From NCBI GenBank assembly GCA_048213135.1, contig PS015695.1, positions 56,751 to 89,545 of the forward strand: a stretch of 32,795 nt of DNA, in the 5' to 3' direction. Shown one piece after another: positions 8,779 to 18,484 of the stretch (the first letter of the stretch is position 1; every line of letters begins with the position of its first letter). The notes beneath the pieces were generated by a model, which searched no databases, had not been told where the DNA came from, and was given only the letters and a program-made list of their open reading frames with translations. The position numbers and the translations under genes are program-made. This DNA is from Reclinomonas americana ATCC 50394. Lineage: Eukaryota.

Positions 8779-9270
8779 GTGACCGCGGCACAAATACGAC
8801 GACGGAGTGACTCATCGGACCGTGATGATCCACGGCAGGCTGAGCGGTTTGAGAAAGCCAGAGCGGCGCGATCGATGACGCTCTTGGAGGACTACGTCGA
8901 GCTGATCGCCGACCTGTTGAAAGAGCACGGCGAGGCTAGAACAACCGACATCGCCCGAATACTCGGGGTTACGCACCCCACCGCCACGAAGACGATAGCC
9001 AGGCTGAGGCGTGAGGGGTTGGCTGTATCGCGTCCTTATCGGGGCGTGTTTCTGACCGAAGCCGGAATTGCCCTGGCCGACCGGGTTCGGCGAAGGCACC
9101 GTCTCGTCGTAGAATTATTGATCGCGATCGGCGTACCGCAGGAGTCCGCTGAAGCGGACGCCGAAGGCATTGAGCACCACGTGTCAGATGTCACGCTGTC
9201 GGCATTCGAGCGTTATCTGAAGAAAAGCGCGGCCGGCGGCCGCAGCCTCGGTGCGACCGGCAAGCCGTGA
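8779..9270 (+). CDS. mntR: Manganese-responsive regulator MntR (DtxR family)
   Basis: EDYVELIADL...EARTTDIARILGVTHPT...PYRGVFLTEAG...RRRH...DAEGIEHHVS. Start is GTG 8779 or ATG 8734. Confidence 0.92.
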   Translation: MTAAQIRRRSDSSDRDDPRQAERFEKARAARSMTLLEDYVELIADLLKEHGEARTTDIARILGVTHPTATKTIARLRREGLAVSRPYRGVFLTEAGIALADRVRRRHRLVVELLIAIGVPQESAEADAEGIEHHVSDVTLSAFERYLKKSAAGGRSLGATGKP

Positions 9271-9352
9271 CATTCCTGGCTGAGACGAGAGTGGTCACAG
9301 ACCGCGGGACGGTATGACGTTCTGCATTGACGGGTGTTGGCAAGGGCGTGGA

Positions 9353-10606
9353 CTAGCCGAGATGCGGCAGCGTAACGAAGGCCGCAAAGCCGACGGCACC
9401 TGCCACTACGGAGGCGAGCGCGAGAGGAAGCCAGAAGCGCACTGGCCCGGTCGCTGCAGCGACGATGAGCCGGCCGGCGGCATTGGTTGCAAGCGCGATC
9501 AGCACGGCGTGCCCCACGGTCTCTCTATCGGCTGAGACGCCGAGAAGCCGTAATGCGCTCAGCACGGCAACGTCGATATCGAACGTGCCGGTGATCGCCG
9601 ACGTGACCACCATGCCGCCGGTGTTCCCGACCGAAACTGCAGCACTTATGGTCGATACCACCGCAAAAAGAATCGCAAAGGCCAGCAGTGCCCACAATTC
9701 GAAGGGGTTGCGTGGCATTTGCCCGGCGTCGCTTGGAACTGCACCGCGCGACAGGAACACCCCGCCACACATTACGAAAGTCAGCACCGCGGCAAGAATG
9801 GCTAGACCTGCGACGCCGAGCACTGATGGTGAGACGATCGCGACGATGCCGGCAACACGCAGCACCGAGACAGCCGCGGCGAGCGTGGCGGCTCCGGCCA
9901 GCGGCCAGGGATTGCCGCCTGCGGTTGCCGTCCGCGCGAGCGCCAGCGTGACCGCCGTCGACGACACTACTGCCCCCGCCAATCCGCCCACCAGCACTCC
10001 ACGTGTGGCTCCGAACAGGCGGACGGCAATATAGCCGAGGAACGAGATGGCAGCCGTCAGCACTGTGAACAGCCAGATCTGTTGCGGATTGAAGCCGCCC
10101 CACGGATCGATCGCCTGCGCAGGGAGGAGCGGCAGAATGATCGCCGTCATCACCGCCAGCACCAGCGCTGCGCGCAACTCGATCCAGGAGATGCGCCTGA
10201 GAAGGCCATGCAGCAGATCGCGACTGGCGAGCAGGACGGCGAGTGCGGTTCCTCCGGCGGCAGCTGCGCGGTGATCCCCCGTAACCGCCAGAGCTCCGAG
10301 CACGAACACGCCCAGCGCCGCGACAACGCCCGTCACGCTGAAATCGGCATCCTGAGTGGCTTCGCGGCTCTTGAACCACGCGAAGACCGCCGTGAAGGCG
10401 ATCAGACCCGCAATGAGCACCGAAGGCGCCTCGAGACTGCGGGAAAGCGCCGCGAACACGCCGCCCAGCAAGCCGGTGATCGCATAGGTACGGATACCGG
10501 CCGTCCTGGCACCGTCCGGGGCGTCGCGCTCGCGCCAGCCGCGCTCGAGGCCGACGAGCAGACCAATAGCCAGGGCGAGGCCGAACTTCGTGATCAAGAT
10601 TTCCAT
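9353..10606 (-). CDS. MgtC/SapB-family membrane protein with DUF4010 domain
   Basis: LALAIGLLVGLERGW...AGIRTY, ILPLLP...DPWGGFNP..IWL, GGLAGAVVSSTAVT, DIDVAVLS. Confidence 0.88.
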   Translation of the reverse strand: MEILITKFGLALAIGLLVGLERGWRERDAPDGARTAGIRTYAITGLLGGVFAALSRSLEAPSVLIAGLIAFTAVFAWFKSREATQDADFSVTGVVAALGVFVLGALAVTGDHRAAAAGGTALAVLLASRDLLHGLLRRISWIELRAALVLAVMTAIILPLLPAQAIDPWGGFNPQQIWLFTVLTAAISFLGYIAVRLFGATRGVLVGGLAGAVVSSTAVTLALARTATAGGNPWPLAGAATLAAAVSVLRVAGIVAIVSPSVLGVAGLAILAAVLTFVMCGGVFLSRGAVPSDAGQMPRNPFELWALLAFAILFAVVSTISAAVSVGNTGGMVVTSAITGTFDIDVAVLSALRLLGVSADRETVGHAVLIALATNAAGRLIVAAATGPVRFWLPLALASVVAGAVGFAAFVTLPHLG

Positions 10607-10649
10607 CGCGAGACTCCCGACGGCCGGCGACCATGATGGGAGACGTGCG

Positions 10650-11174
10650 TCATCGGGCTTTGCGGATCATCCGCCGCAGGACGTCGTCGCAGCGCCAGAA
10701 GTGGTGCCAAAGCGCGGCGCAGGCATGCAGGAGAACAAGAACGAGTAGCGTCCAGCTAAGGACGCTGTGAACCGGGGCGATCCGAAACGTCAGATACATG
10801 GCGATCGTTCCGGTGATCGGCAGCGCGATCAGCACGGCATAGAGGGCGGCGTGCATGGCTTTGGCCGACATGCGCTCCAACGGCGACAAGCCCGGAACAG
10901 GCGCCGGACGGCCGCATGTGAAGCGCAGCAGAAGCTGCGCCAGCGCGAGACCAAGAATGGCCCAACCGCTCCAGGCATGCACCTGATGCAGAAACAGGTC
11001 GATGGGACGCGGCTTCATGAACAGGTGCGCCATGTGGGTGCGCTGTATTGCCCAGGCGGTCGGCACCTGGACAAGACACAGGACCAGCACCAGCCAATGC
11101 ATGAGTCGATGCGCGAGAGGAAATCCGTCCGGGCGATCCGCGCCGCGCATCCATCCAGGCAACAGCGTCCTCAA
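10650..11174 (-). CDS. Cytochrome b561/b-type membrane protein
   Basis: RLMHW, LHQVHAWSG, MHAALY..L..LPITG, VHS, LHACAALWHHFW..DDVLRRM with four TM segments. The TTG start overlaps the upstream TGA. Confidence 0.85.
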   Translation of the reverse strand: MRTLLPGWMRGADRPDGFPLAHRLMHWLVLVLCLVQVPTAWAIQRTHMAHLFMKPRPIDLFLHQVHAWSGWAILGLALAQLLLRFTCGRPAPVPGLSPLERMSAKAMHAALYAVLIALPITGTIAMYLTFRIAPVHSVLSWTLLVLVLLHACAALWHHFWRCDDVLRRMIRKAR

Positions 11175-13035
11175 GCCTCGACCTCAACGATGTCGCCTGA
11201 GCGTGCGGCATAGTCGAGCGCATAGGCGAGCTCGCCTGTTGTCTCGGCGTGGACATTGAGAAGCGGCTGGCCGCGGTCGATCTCGTCGCCGAGCCTGACC
11301 TCCATGTGAACGCCCGCAGCCTTCGCTTCCGGCGCGCCCGCGAGCTTGGCGAGCCGGGAGAGCTTGCGGTTGNNNNNNNNNNNNNNNNNNNNNNNNNNNN
11401 NNNNNNNNNNNNNNNNNNNNNNNNNNNNNNNNNNNNNNNNNNNNNNNNNNNNNNNNNNNNNNNNNNNNNNNNNNNNNNNNNNNNNNNNNNNNNNNNNNNN
11501 NNNNNNNNNNNNNNNNNNNNNNNNNNNNNNNNNNNNNNNNNNNNNNNNNNNNNNNNNNNNNNNNNNNNNNNNNNNNNNNNNNNNNNNNNNNNNNNNNNNN
11601 NNNNNNNNNNNNNNNNNNNNNNNNNNNNNNNNNNNNNNNNNNNNNNNNNNNNNNNNNNNNNNNNNNNNNNNNNNNNNNNNNNNNNNNNNNNNNNNNNNNN
11701 NNNNNNNNNNNNNNNNNNNNNNNNNNNNNNNNNNNNNNNNNNNNNNNNNNNNNNNNNNNNNNNNNNNNNNNNNNNNNNNNNNNNNNNNNNNNNNNNNNNN
11801 NNNNNNNNNNNNNNNNNNNNNNNNNNNNNNNNNNNNNNNNNNNNNNNNNNNNNNNNNNNNNNNNNNNNNNNNNNNNNNNNNNNNNNNNNNNNNNNNNNNN
11901 NNNNNNNNNNNNNNNNNNNNNNNNNNNNNNNNNNNNNNNNNNNNNNNNNNNNNNNNNNNNNNNNNNNNNNNNNNNNNNNNNNNNNNNNNNNNNNNNNNNN
12001 NNNNNNNNNNNNNNNNNNNNNNNNNNNNNNNNNNNNNNNNNNNNNNNNNNNNNNNNNNNNNNNNNNNNNNNNNNNNNNNNNNNNNNNNNNAAGGCGGCCA
12101 GCCGCGTCCTCGCCGCGCACCTTCGCGGTGGCGCCGACCGGAATGTCGATCACGACATGGGTTGACCCCGCTGCGATCTTCTTGGACAGGACGGAGGCGA
12201 TCAGCTGGCCTTCGGTGTCGATATCGAGCTCGCGCTCGACGCGCACGAAGATATCGTCGGCCGGGCTCAGATGCACGGCGCCGCCCCAGGCGATACAGCC
12301 GCCTTCACGTTCAACGACGCGCCTCAATGTCGCGATGTCGAGTTCCACCGGAGCCAGCGTCTCCATCGTGTCGGCGGTGCCGGCCGGAGAGGTGATGGCA
12401 CGTGACGAGGTCTTGGGCATGAGCAGGCCGTTTGCCGCGACGATCGCGACCACGATCGGCGTTGTCCTGTTGCCGGGGAGGCCGCCGACGCAATGCTTGT
12501 CGACCACGATCGGCGCGTCCCAGCGCATCCGTTCGCCGACGTCCACCATAGCGCCGGTCAGGTCGGCGGTTTCGTTCTCGTCGAGGGGGAGGGCAGCACT
12601 GGCGGTCAGAAAGGCCGCAAGGTGGACCTCCGTGTAGCGGCCGGCGACCACGTCGCGCAGGATCTCGGAAAAGGCTCGGGAGTCGAGCCGATTGCCGTAG
12701 ATGCGCTGACGCACGCTCGCCAGGGAGTCAATCGCTGGCGCATGGCTGACCCGGACCACATCACCGTCGGTCAGGCCAAGCCGTTCCCACGCGGCCTCGG
12801 AAAGGCCGACCTCGTCGATGGCGATGAGCCCGTCACCATCGACCTGAAACAGGGTCGCCTGCACCTCGCCATTCCCGTTGGACACGAGCACCTGCGAGCG
12901 CGCCGACAGTCCCTCCGACCGGCAGACGTGGCAATCGGTGCGCATGACGACGACAGCCTGATGCTGGGTGTGCAGATGGATGCGTCGCACCCGCAGCGTC
13001 GGTTGAGCGGGAATGGCCATGTCGGTCGACGTCAT
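11171..13035 (-). CDS. AMP phosphorylase-like / thymidine phosphorylase family protein (spans the gap)
   Basis: N-terminal extension, VDKHCVGGLPGNRTT, KTSSRAITSPAGTADTME, LSPADD, ASVLSKKIAAGS..V.IDIPVG.TAKV. After the gap: NRKLSRLAKLAGAPEAKAAGV...GQPLLNVHAETTGELAYA...VEVEA* (TGA 11173-11171). The ATG overlaps the upstream TGA. Confidence 0.9.
11373..12090. other. Assembly gap (718 N)
   Basis: Run of N inside the phosphorylase gene. Confidence 1.
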
Positions 13036-14047
13036 AGATCGAACTTCTGGTTCTGACGGGGAACGACGGCGTTCCACTTGAGCTCGCGGTCGATGCGAAC
13101 GCGCAGGGCTTCCGCGCCTTCGTCTTCACCATGCACGATGAACACACGTGACGGCGGTCGCCGGAAGCCCGAAAGCCATCGCATCAGCTCGTTCGAATCG
13201 GCGTGGGCTGACAGCATCGACAGTTCCTCGACCGCAGCGCGAACCGGAATCCATTCGCCGTGGATCTTGGTCTCCTGCGCGCCTTGCAGCATGGCCCGGC
13301 CGCGGGTGCCGGCTGCCTGGAAACCGGAGAACAGGATCGTGTTGCGGGCGTGTGGAGCGAACGCCTTCAGGTGGTGGAGGACGCGCCCGCCGGTCGCCAT
13401 GCCGCTCGCCGAGATCACCACCTTGGGGTAGGGGCTTGCCGTGATGCCCTTCGAGCCGTCGACGTCGCGGGTGTAGGTCGCAATCGCGCAGACTTCCTTG
13501 CATTGCTCCGGCGTCAGGCGGTGGTCCCCGCGGTGGGCGTGGAGGAGGTCGGTGGCGTCGATTGCCATCGGACTGTCAAGATAGACAGGCACCTTCGCCA
13601 GGCGCCCAGCCCTTTTGAGCTTCCAGAGATGGTAAAGGAGCGATTGCGCGCGGCCCACGGCGAAGGCGGGAACGACGACCGTCCCGCCGCGCGCGACCGT
13701 TCGCTCGACGACGGCGCCGAGCGCTTCGGTGGGATCGGCAGGATCGTGCACACGGTTGCCGTAGGTCGATTCGACCAACACATAGTCCGCCTCCGGCACC
13801 GGCACGGGATCGGGAAGAACCGGATCGTCATAGCGGCCGAGATCGCCGGAGAAGGCGACACGGCGTCCGCCCCATTCGATCTCGGCGGTGGCGGCCCCAA
13901 GGATGTGACCGGCATGGCGGAAAGTCAGCGTCGCGCCGAACGAGAGCTTGACCGGTTTGTTCGAAGGGAACGGTCGAGAAGAGTTCGAGGCGTGTGCTCA
14001 GCGTCACGGATGCCGTAGAGGGCGAGCGCCGCTGTGCTCGTAAAGAC
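13032..14047 (-). CDS. MBL-fold beta-CASP ribonuclease (YSH1/TTHA0252-like); N-terminus lies in the gap
   Basis: HAGHILGA, FSGDLGR, VESTYGNR, PAFAVGRAQ, YLDSPMA, ISASGMATGGRVLHHL, GFQAAGTRGR, LSAHAD, VHGE. There are two apparent +1 slips near the contig end (about 13950-13995). Confidence 0.9.
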
Positions 14048-14677
14048 NNNNNNNNNNNNNNNNNNNNNNNNNNNNNNNNNNNNNNNNNNNNNNNNNNNNN
14101 NNNNNNNNNNNNNNNNNNNNNNNNNNNNNNNNNNNNNNNNNNNNNNNNNNNNNNNNNNNNNNNNNNNNNNNNNNNNNNNNNNNNNNNNNNNNNNNNNNNN
14201 NNNNNNNNNNNNNNNNNNNNNNNNNNNNNNNNNNNNNNNNNNNNNNNNNNNNNNNNNNNNNNNNNNNNNNNNNNNNNNNNNNNNNNNNNNNNNNNNNNNN
14301 NNNNNNNNNNNNNNNNNNNNNNNNNNNNNNNNNNNNNNNNNNNNNNNNNNNNNNNNNNNNNNNNNNNNNNNNNNNNNNNNNNNNNNNNNNNNNNNNNNNN
14401 NNNNNNNNNNNNNNNNNNNNNNNNNNNNNNNNNNNNNNNNNNNNNNNNNNNNNNNNNNNNNNNNNNNNNNNNNNNNNNNNNNNNNNNNNNNNNNNNNNNN
14501 NNNNNNNNNNNNNNNNNNNNNNNNNNNNNNNNNNNNNNNNNNNNNNNNNNNNNNNNNNNNNNNNNNNNNNNNNNNNNNNNNNNNNNNNNNNNNNNNNNNN
14601 NNNNNNNNNNNNNNNNNNNNNNNNNNNNNNNNNNNNNNNNNNNNNNNNNNNNNNNNNNNNNNNNNNNNNNNNNNNNN
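14048..14677. other. Assembly gap (630 N)
   Basis: Run of N covering the phosphoketolase 3' end and the beta-CASP 5' end. Confidence 1.
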
Positions 14678-16994
14678 TGCGTTCGGCGACTGTCAGAAAT
14701 TCGTTGCGCGACCATCCGGCCAAAGGTGCGGCGGCATCGATCAGGTGCGCCCAACTGCAGCGATTGGCGAATAGCAGGCCCGAGGCATCCAGCGTGCCGC
14801 CCCGGCTGATATAGCCGCGGGCCACAGTGTGTTTCGGACCGCTGTCGAGCCGTCGCAGCAGGCCGAGCATCGGCTCGGGCCGTGTGTGCGAGACGATCAG
14901 GCGCGGGACATCGACCGGGAAGAGGCGCACGAGCTCCTCGTCCGACGCCACAAAATGCGCCTCGATCGGATCGCGCGGGATACGGAAGCGACCGGGCTCG
15001 CTGATCGCCGTCACCACCACCCGCCGTCCATGCTCTTTCAGGCGGTGCGCCGCCTTGAGCGCCTCTTCGAGCTGGTAGGCGCCGATCGCAACGATCTGCA
15101 ACTCGGCGCCGTCAACCTGTCCTTCGATGTGGGCAGCGCCGTCGGCGACAAAACGGACGGCGGCCGCGCCGTCGAAGCGGTGCGGCATGTCGCGCTTGGA
15201 GACGATCACGCAGGCGACCTGGCCGCGTCCTTCGAACACCGAAGCCATGGTGGCGACGGCGCTGTTGGCGTCGACCGGAAACAGAACGCGCGCGGTGTCC
15301 GACATCTCGCCGAGCAGCGCCTCGCCGATCGTCGGATCCTGATGCGACTGCTCGTTCTTGGAATTCTCCCAGGTATGCGAGGTGACGACGAGCGGCACGG
15401 AAATCCAGCCTGGGTTCTGGCCCACGGTGCGTTGGTGGCGCGCGAAGATAATCTCCTGACGCAAGCCACCCAGCATCTTCATCGCGAATGCTTCGTAGCT
15501 GACGATGAGGTTGATCCCGCCTTTGTTCGCAAGGGCCGCGGCGGCGACCGCCTCCTCGTTGAGCGCCGTGATCACGCTGCCGTTGCGTGCCTCGGCGACG
15601 CCGGTCTCCGGCGAATTGACGCGATGGCGCAGGCGCTCGAGGGTCGCGCCCATATGATTGGAGCTCAACTCGTCGGGGTTGCCGACACGCACGCGCAGAG
15701 CAGGATTGGCGTCGACGAGCCGTACAAACCAGCGATCCAGCGCGTGCATAGCGCAATCCGCCGGTGAGCCGGCTTCCGTCCAGTGGGGGGCAGGGAGTTC
15801 CGGCGCCGGCGGATGGCGGACCGCCAGAGGGTGAAGGCTCTCCGCTGGCCGGTTCTGCCGCTCGTGGACCGCTACGGCAGCGACCGCCGCCTCGATGTCG
15901 CCAGGTGGGACGAACAGGTCTTTCGCCGCGGCGTTGAAGGCGCTGCGCGCAGCTTCGTTTCGCGAAGGGTTTGCTGCCAGAGGCAGGTTGTGCGCGGCAT
16001 TGGTGCCTGCGCCAGGGAAGCCGAACCCCTTCACGGTCTTGGCGATGACGTAGGGCATGGGGGCCGGATAGGCGCGATCGGGATCGGCGGAAAAGCGCCC
16101 AAGGCGTTCCTCCACCGTCAGGATCGCCCAGACGAAGGCCGCGGGATCGCGACCGTCGATCTCGAACGGATCGAAGCCGTTGAGCCTGAGATGATCGGCG
16201 AGCCAGGCCGCGCCGCCCTGCTGCGCAATCTGCGCCCGCTCCTCGATCCTTCGGCCGTTGAGGATCATGACCGGCACAACGAGACCGCTATCCTCAGCTC
16301 GCCACCAGCGCGCCGTCCAGTCCGAGCCGCGCTGCTCCTCGAAGGCGCCGTCGCTCAGGAAGGCGACCAGACTTTCTCCCGGCAGTGGGGCATGGACGTA
16401 CTGGACCTCGGCGAAGCCGAGATACCCGCCCTCGGAAATGGCGCCAGCCGTGTTCGGTCCGGCATGGCTGCCGATCGGCACCGCCGGACCGCCGTCGGCA
16501 TCGATGGCATAGGAATAGAAGTCGGCGGCGAGCCGGGACAACCCCTTCTCGCTGCGGTCATAGCGCCCTTTCTGCGCATCCGAAACATCGCCGGTCAGCG
16601 CGTTGATCGCCTCGATCGCGGCGACGCAATGGCCCTGGCCCATCAGCCAGGAGCGAGTGGTGGCCGAGAGTGCGTTCGCCGCGAGATAGCCGATAAAGGC
16701 CGGCACCATGTTCAGGGAACCGCCGGTGTGGCCTTCCGGCGTGGCCTTGAAGGCGTCGGCCGGCAGCGCCGCACCGGACAGATCGACGCGGCTTGCATAG
16801 GTCATGTGGACGACTGTCCACATCGCCGCGCTGGCCAGCCGGTCGGCGGCGGCAAGCAGGCGGTAGAGCGCGTCAGGGTCCAGCTTCGGCGACTGCGCGA
16901 GCGAGCGAATGCGCTCGACGGTCTCGTCGGTATGCGTGATCGGGCCGTAGCCGGCGCGCCAATGTTCGAATGCTGAGGACGTCGTCGCGGCCAT
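14678..16994 (-). CDS. xfp: Divergent phosphoketolase (XFP family, TPP-dependent); 3' end lies in the gap
   Basis: EGHTGGSLN, GQGHC, GSHAG, EGGYLG, LSDGAFEE...ILNG, KTVKG, PDELSSN, SYEAF, SHQDP, FPVDANS, IVSKR. Confidence 0.85.
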
Positions 16995-17042
16995 GCGTTT
17001 GCTGCCTTCAAGGATTGATTTGCTTTACGGCTGTTGGCCGGT

Positions 17043-18077
17043 TCATCCGACCCCGCCGGTCCAGGGCGGAGGATCGCTCGCGGGGAAGGAATCGATACCA
17101 GCGCGTTCGACGTCGTCGACCGCCTCGGGTGGGCGTCGATGACGGATGAGTTCGCGATCAGGCGCGTCGGCAGCCGCGATCGCGTCGGCGATCAGCTGCG
17201 AGAGTCCGATCGCGTTGGTCGGGTGACGGACCGAATCGGTGGACACGATCCTGCCGCAAAGCGGCGCCAGGCGCGTATAGGAATCCCCGGCGAAGATGCC
17301 GTGCACGACAGCGACGTCGGGACGTGGGAATCCAAGCGGCGGCAGCTTGCGCGCCGCTTCGATGAGCGTGTTGCCGGAGGAGGCGATGTCGTCGACCAGG
17401 ACGGGCTGCAGCCCGCTCCATGAAGAGAGGTCGGGAAACGCGATCTCGACGTCGCGGTCGCCATGCCGGATCTTGCGCAGCACCGCATGCGGTGCGCCGA
17501 TCTTTGCGGCGATGGCAGACACCCATTGCTCGCTTTCCTCGTCCGGACCGATGATCAGCGGACTGGCAACCGACGCGGCGATCCACTCCGCCAGGAGCGG
17601 CGCCGCATGCAGCGTCAGCGCCGGGATTTCGTAGAGCGCGGACAGCGCCGGATAGCGGTGCAGGTGCGGATCGACGGTGACGAGCCGGTCGAAGCTGGAC
17701 GAGATCAGGCGCGCGAAGGTTCGCGAGGTGATGGCCTCACCCGGCCGGAAACGCCGATCCTGCCTCATATAGGCCAGATAGGGAGCGATCAACGTCACCG
17801 CGGTGGCGCCGAGCGATCGGGCCGCGTCAGCGAGAAAGATGAGCCGGAGAAAGCCTTCATCGGGGCGAGCGAGCGTCGAGACCAGAAGAACCGATTTTGC
17901 TGCGACGTCGCCGGCGAGGCGCACATAGCTCTCGCCATCCGGAAAGTTGCGCGTTTCGATCTCCCCCAGTTCGCCGGCGCCAGCGTTCGCAAGTGCTCGC
18001 GCAAATGCTTCATTGCCGGGGAGAGCAACGATGACGGGAGCCGAAGTCATCTGGGCTGGGGCAGGAGGCATCATCAT
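17043..18077 (-). CDS. prs: Ribose-phosphate pyrophosphokinase-like protein with C-terminal SFPASDPP tail
   Basis: FPDGESYVR, PYLAYMRQDRRF..GEAI, VDPH, PD, K.R, VLVDDIASSGNT, VHGIF, STDS. Several possible ATG starts (18050-18077). Confidence 0.9.
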   Translation of the reverse strand: MMMPPAPAQMTSAPVIVALPGNEAFARALANAGAGELGEIETRNFPDGESYVRLAGDVAAKSVLLVSTLARPDEGFLRLIFLADAARSLGATAVTLIAPYLAYMRQDRRFRPGEAITSRTFARLISSSFDRLVTVDPHLHRYPALSALYEIPALTLHAAPLLAEWIAASVASPLIIGPDEESEQWVSAIAAKIGAPHAVLRKIRHGDRDVEIAFPDLSSWSGLQPVLVDDIASSGNTLIEAARKLPPLGFPRPDVAVVHGIFAGDSYTRLAPLCGRIVSTDSVRHPTNAIGLSQLIADAIAAADAPDRELIRHRRPPEAVDDVERAGIDSFPASDPPPWTGGVG

Positions 18078-18186
18078 TCTTTCGCAGTCTCGTTCCGGCG
18101 TGCAGACGGACGCGCGGTCAGCTCATGATTTCTTGCCCAAAGGCGAAGACAGGTCCCCGATAAAGCCCGCACGGAAGCTCGATTCT

Positions 18187-18200
18187 TTAATCGAGATTAA
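18187..18200 (-). promoter_or_regulatory. FNR/FixK-like box upstream of the prs operon
   Basis: Palindromic TTAAT-CGAG-ATTAA within TCTTTAATCGAGATTAAGTTC, which is 19/21 identical to 32671-32691. Confidence 0.6.
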
Positions 18201-18306
18201 GTTCTTGCCCTTGGTGTCGGGCCGGTCTGCGCGCTGGAACGGTGTTTCCGGACATGCGCAAAGGGCATGCTCAAGGGCACCGGCCAACAGCTTTCCGGAC
18301 TCAATC

Positions 18307-18320
18307 TTGATCTGAGTTAA
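18307..18320 (+). promoter_or_regulatory. FNR/FixK-like box upstream of ftsH
   Basis: TTGAT-CTGA-GTTAA followed by AG. Confidence 0.65.
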
Positions 18321-18484
18321 AGTTCTGGCCCTCCCGGGCGCGCATTTTGGCGACCAAGCAGGCTTCAAGCGCCTTTTAGCAAAGAACCTTGTTGATCCTG
18401 GCGCTCAATAGACGCGGCGATCCATGACGTACCTGGCTGATGACATGAACCGCATTGGCCGTCGCGCGCGCGAGAAGTACGGGA

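Noticed and set aside
11373-12090. Gap looks roughly 300 bp longer than the missing phosphorylase segment (possible insertion)
   Set aside because: Scaffold gap sizes are estimates; the IS66 gap looks undersized. There is no sequence evidence for an insertion.
10756-13077. 773-aa ORF suggesting a phosphorylase-cytochrome fusion
   Set aside because: Frame artefact of the N gap. The true C-terminus is in another frame and stops at 11171.
13950-14047. Frameshifts suggesting the beta-CASP gene is a pseudogene
   Set aside because: They are clustered within 100 bp of a contig end, so low-quality sequence is the likelier cause. All downstream motifs are intact.
14004-16994. 996-aa ORF suggesting a phosphoketolase fusion
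   Set aside because: Read-through across 630 N. The phosphoketolase is nearly complete at the gap and its stop is hidden there.
18392-18408. TTGAT...CTCAA and similar half-sites (also 2457, 17015)
   Set aside because: Wrong spacing or a poor second half-site for an FNR box.
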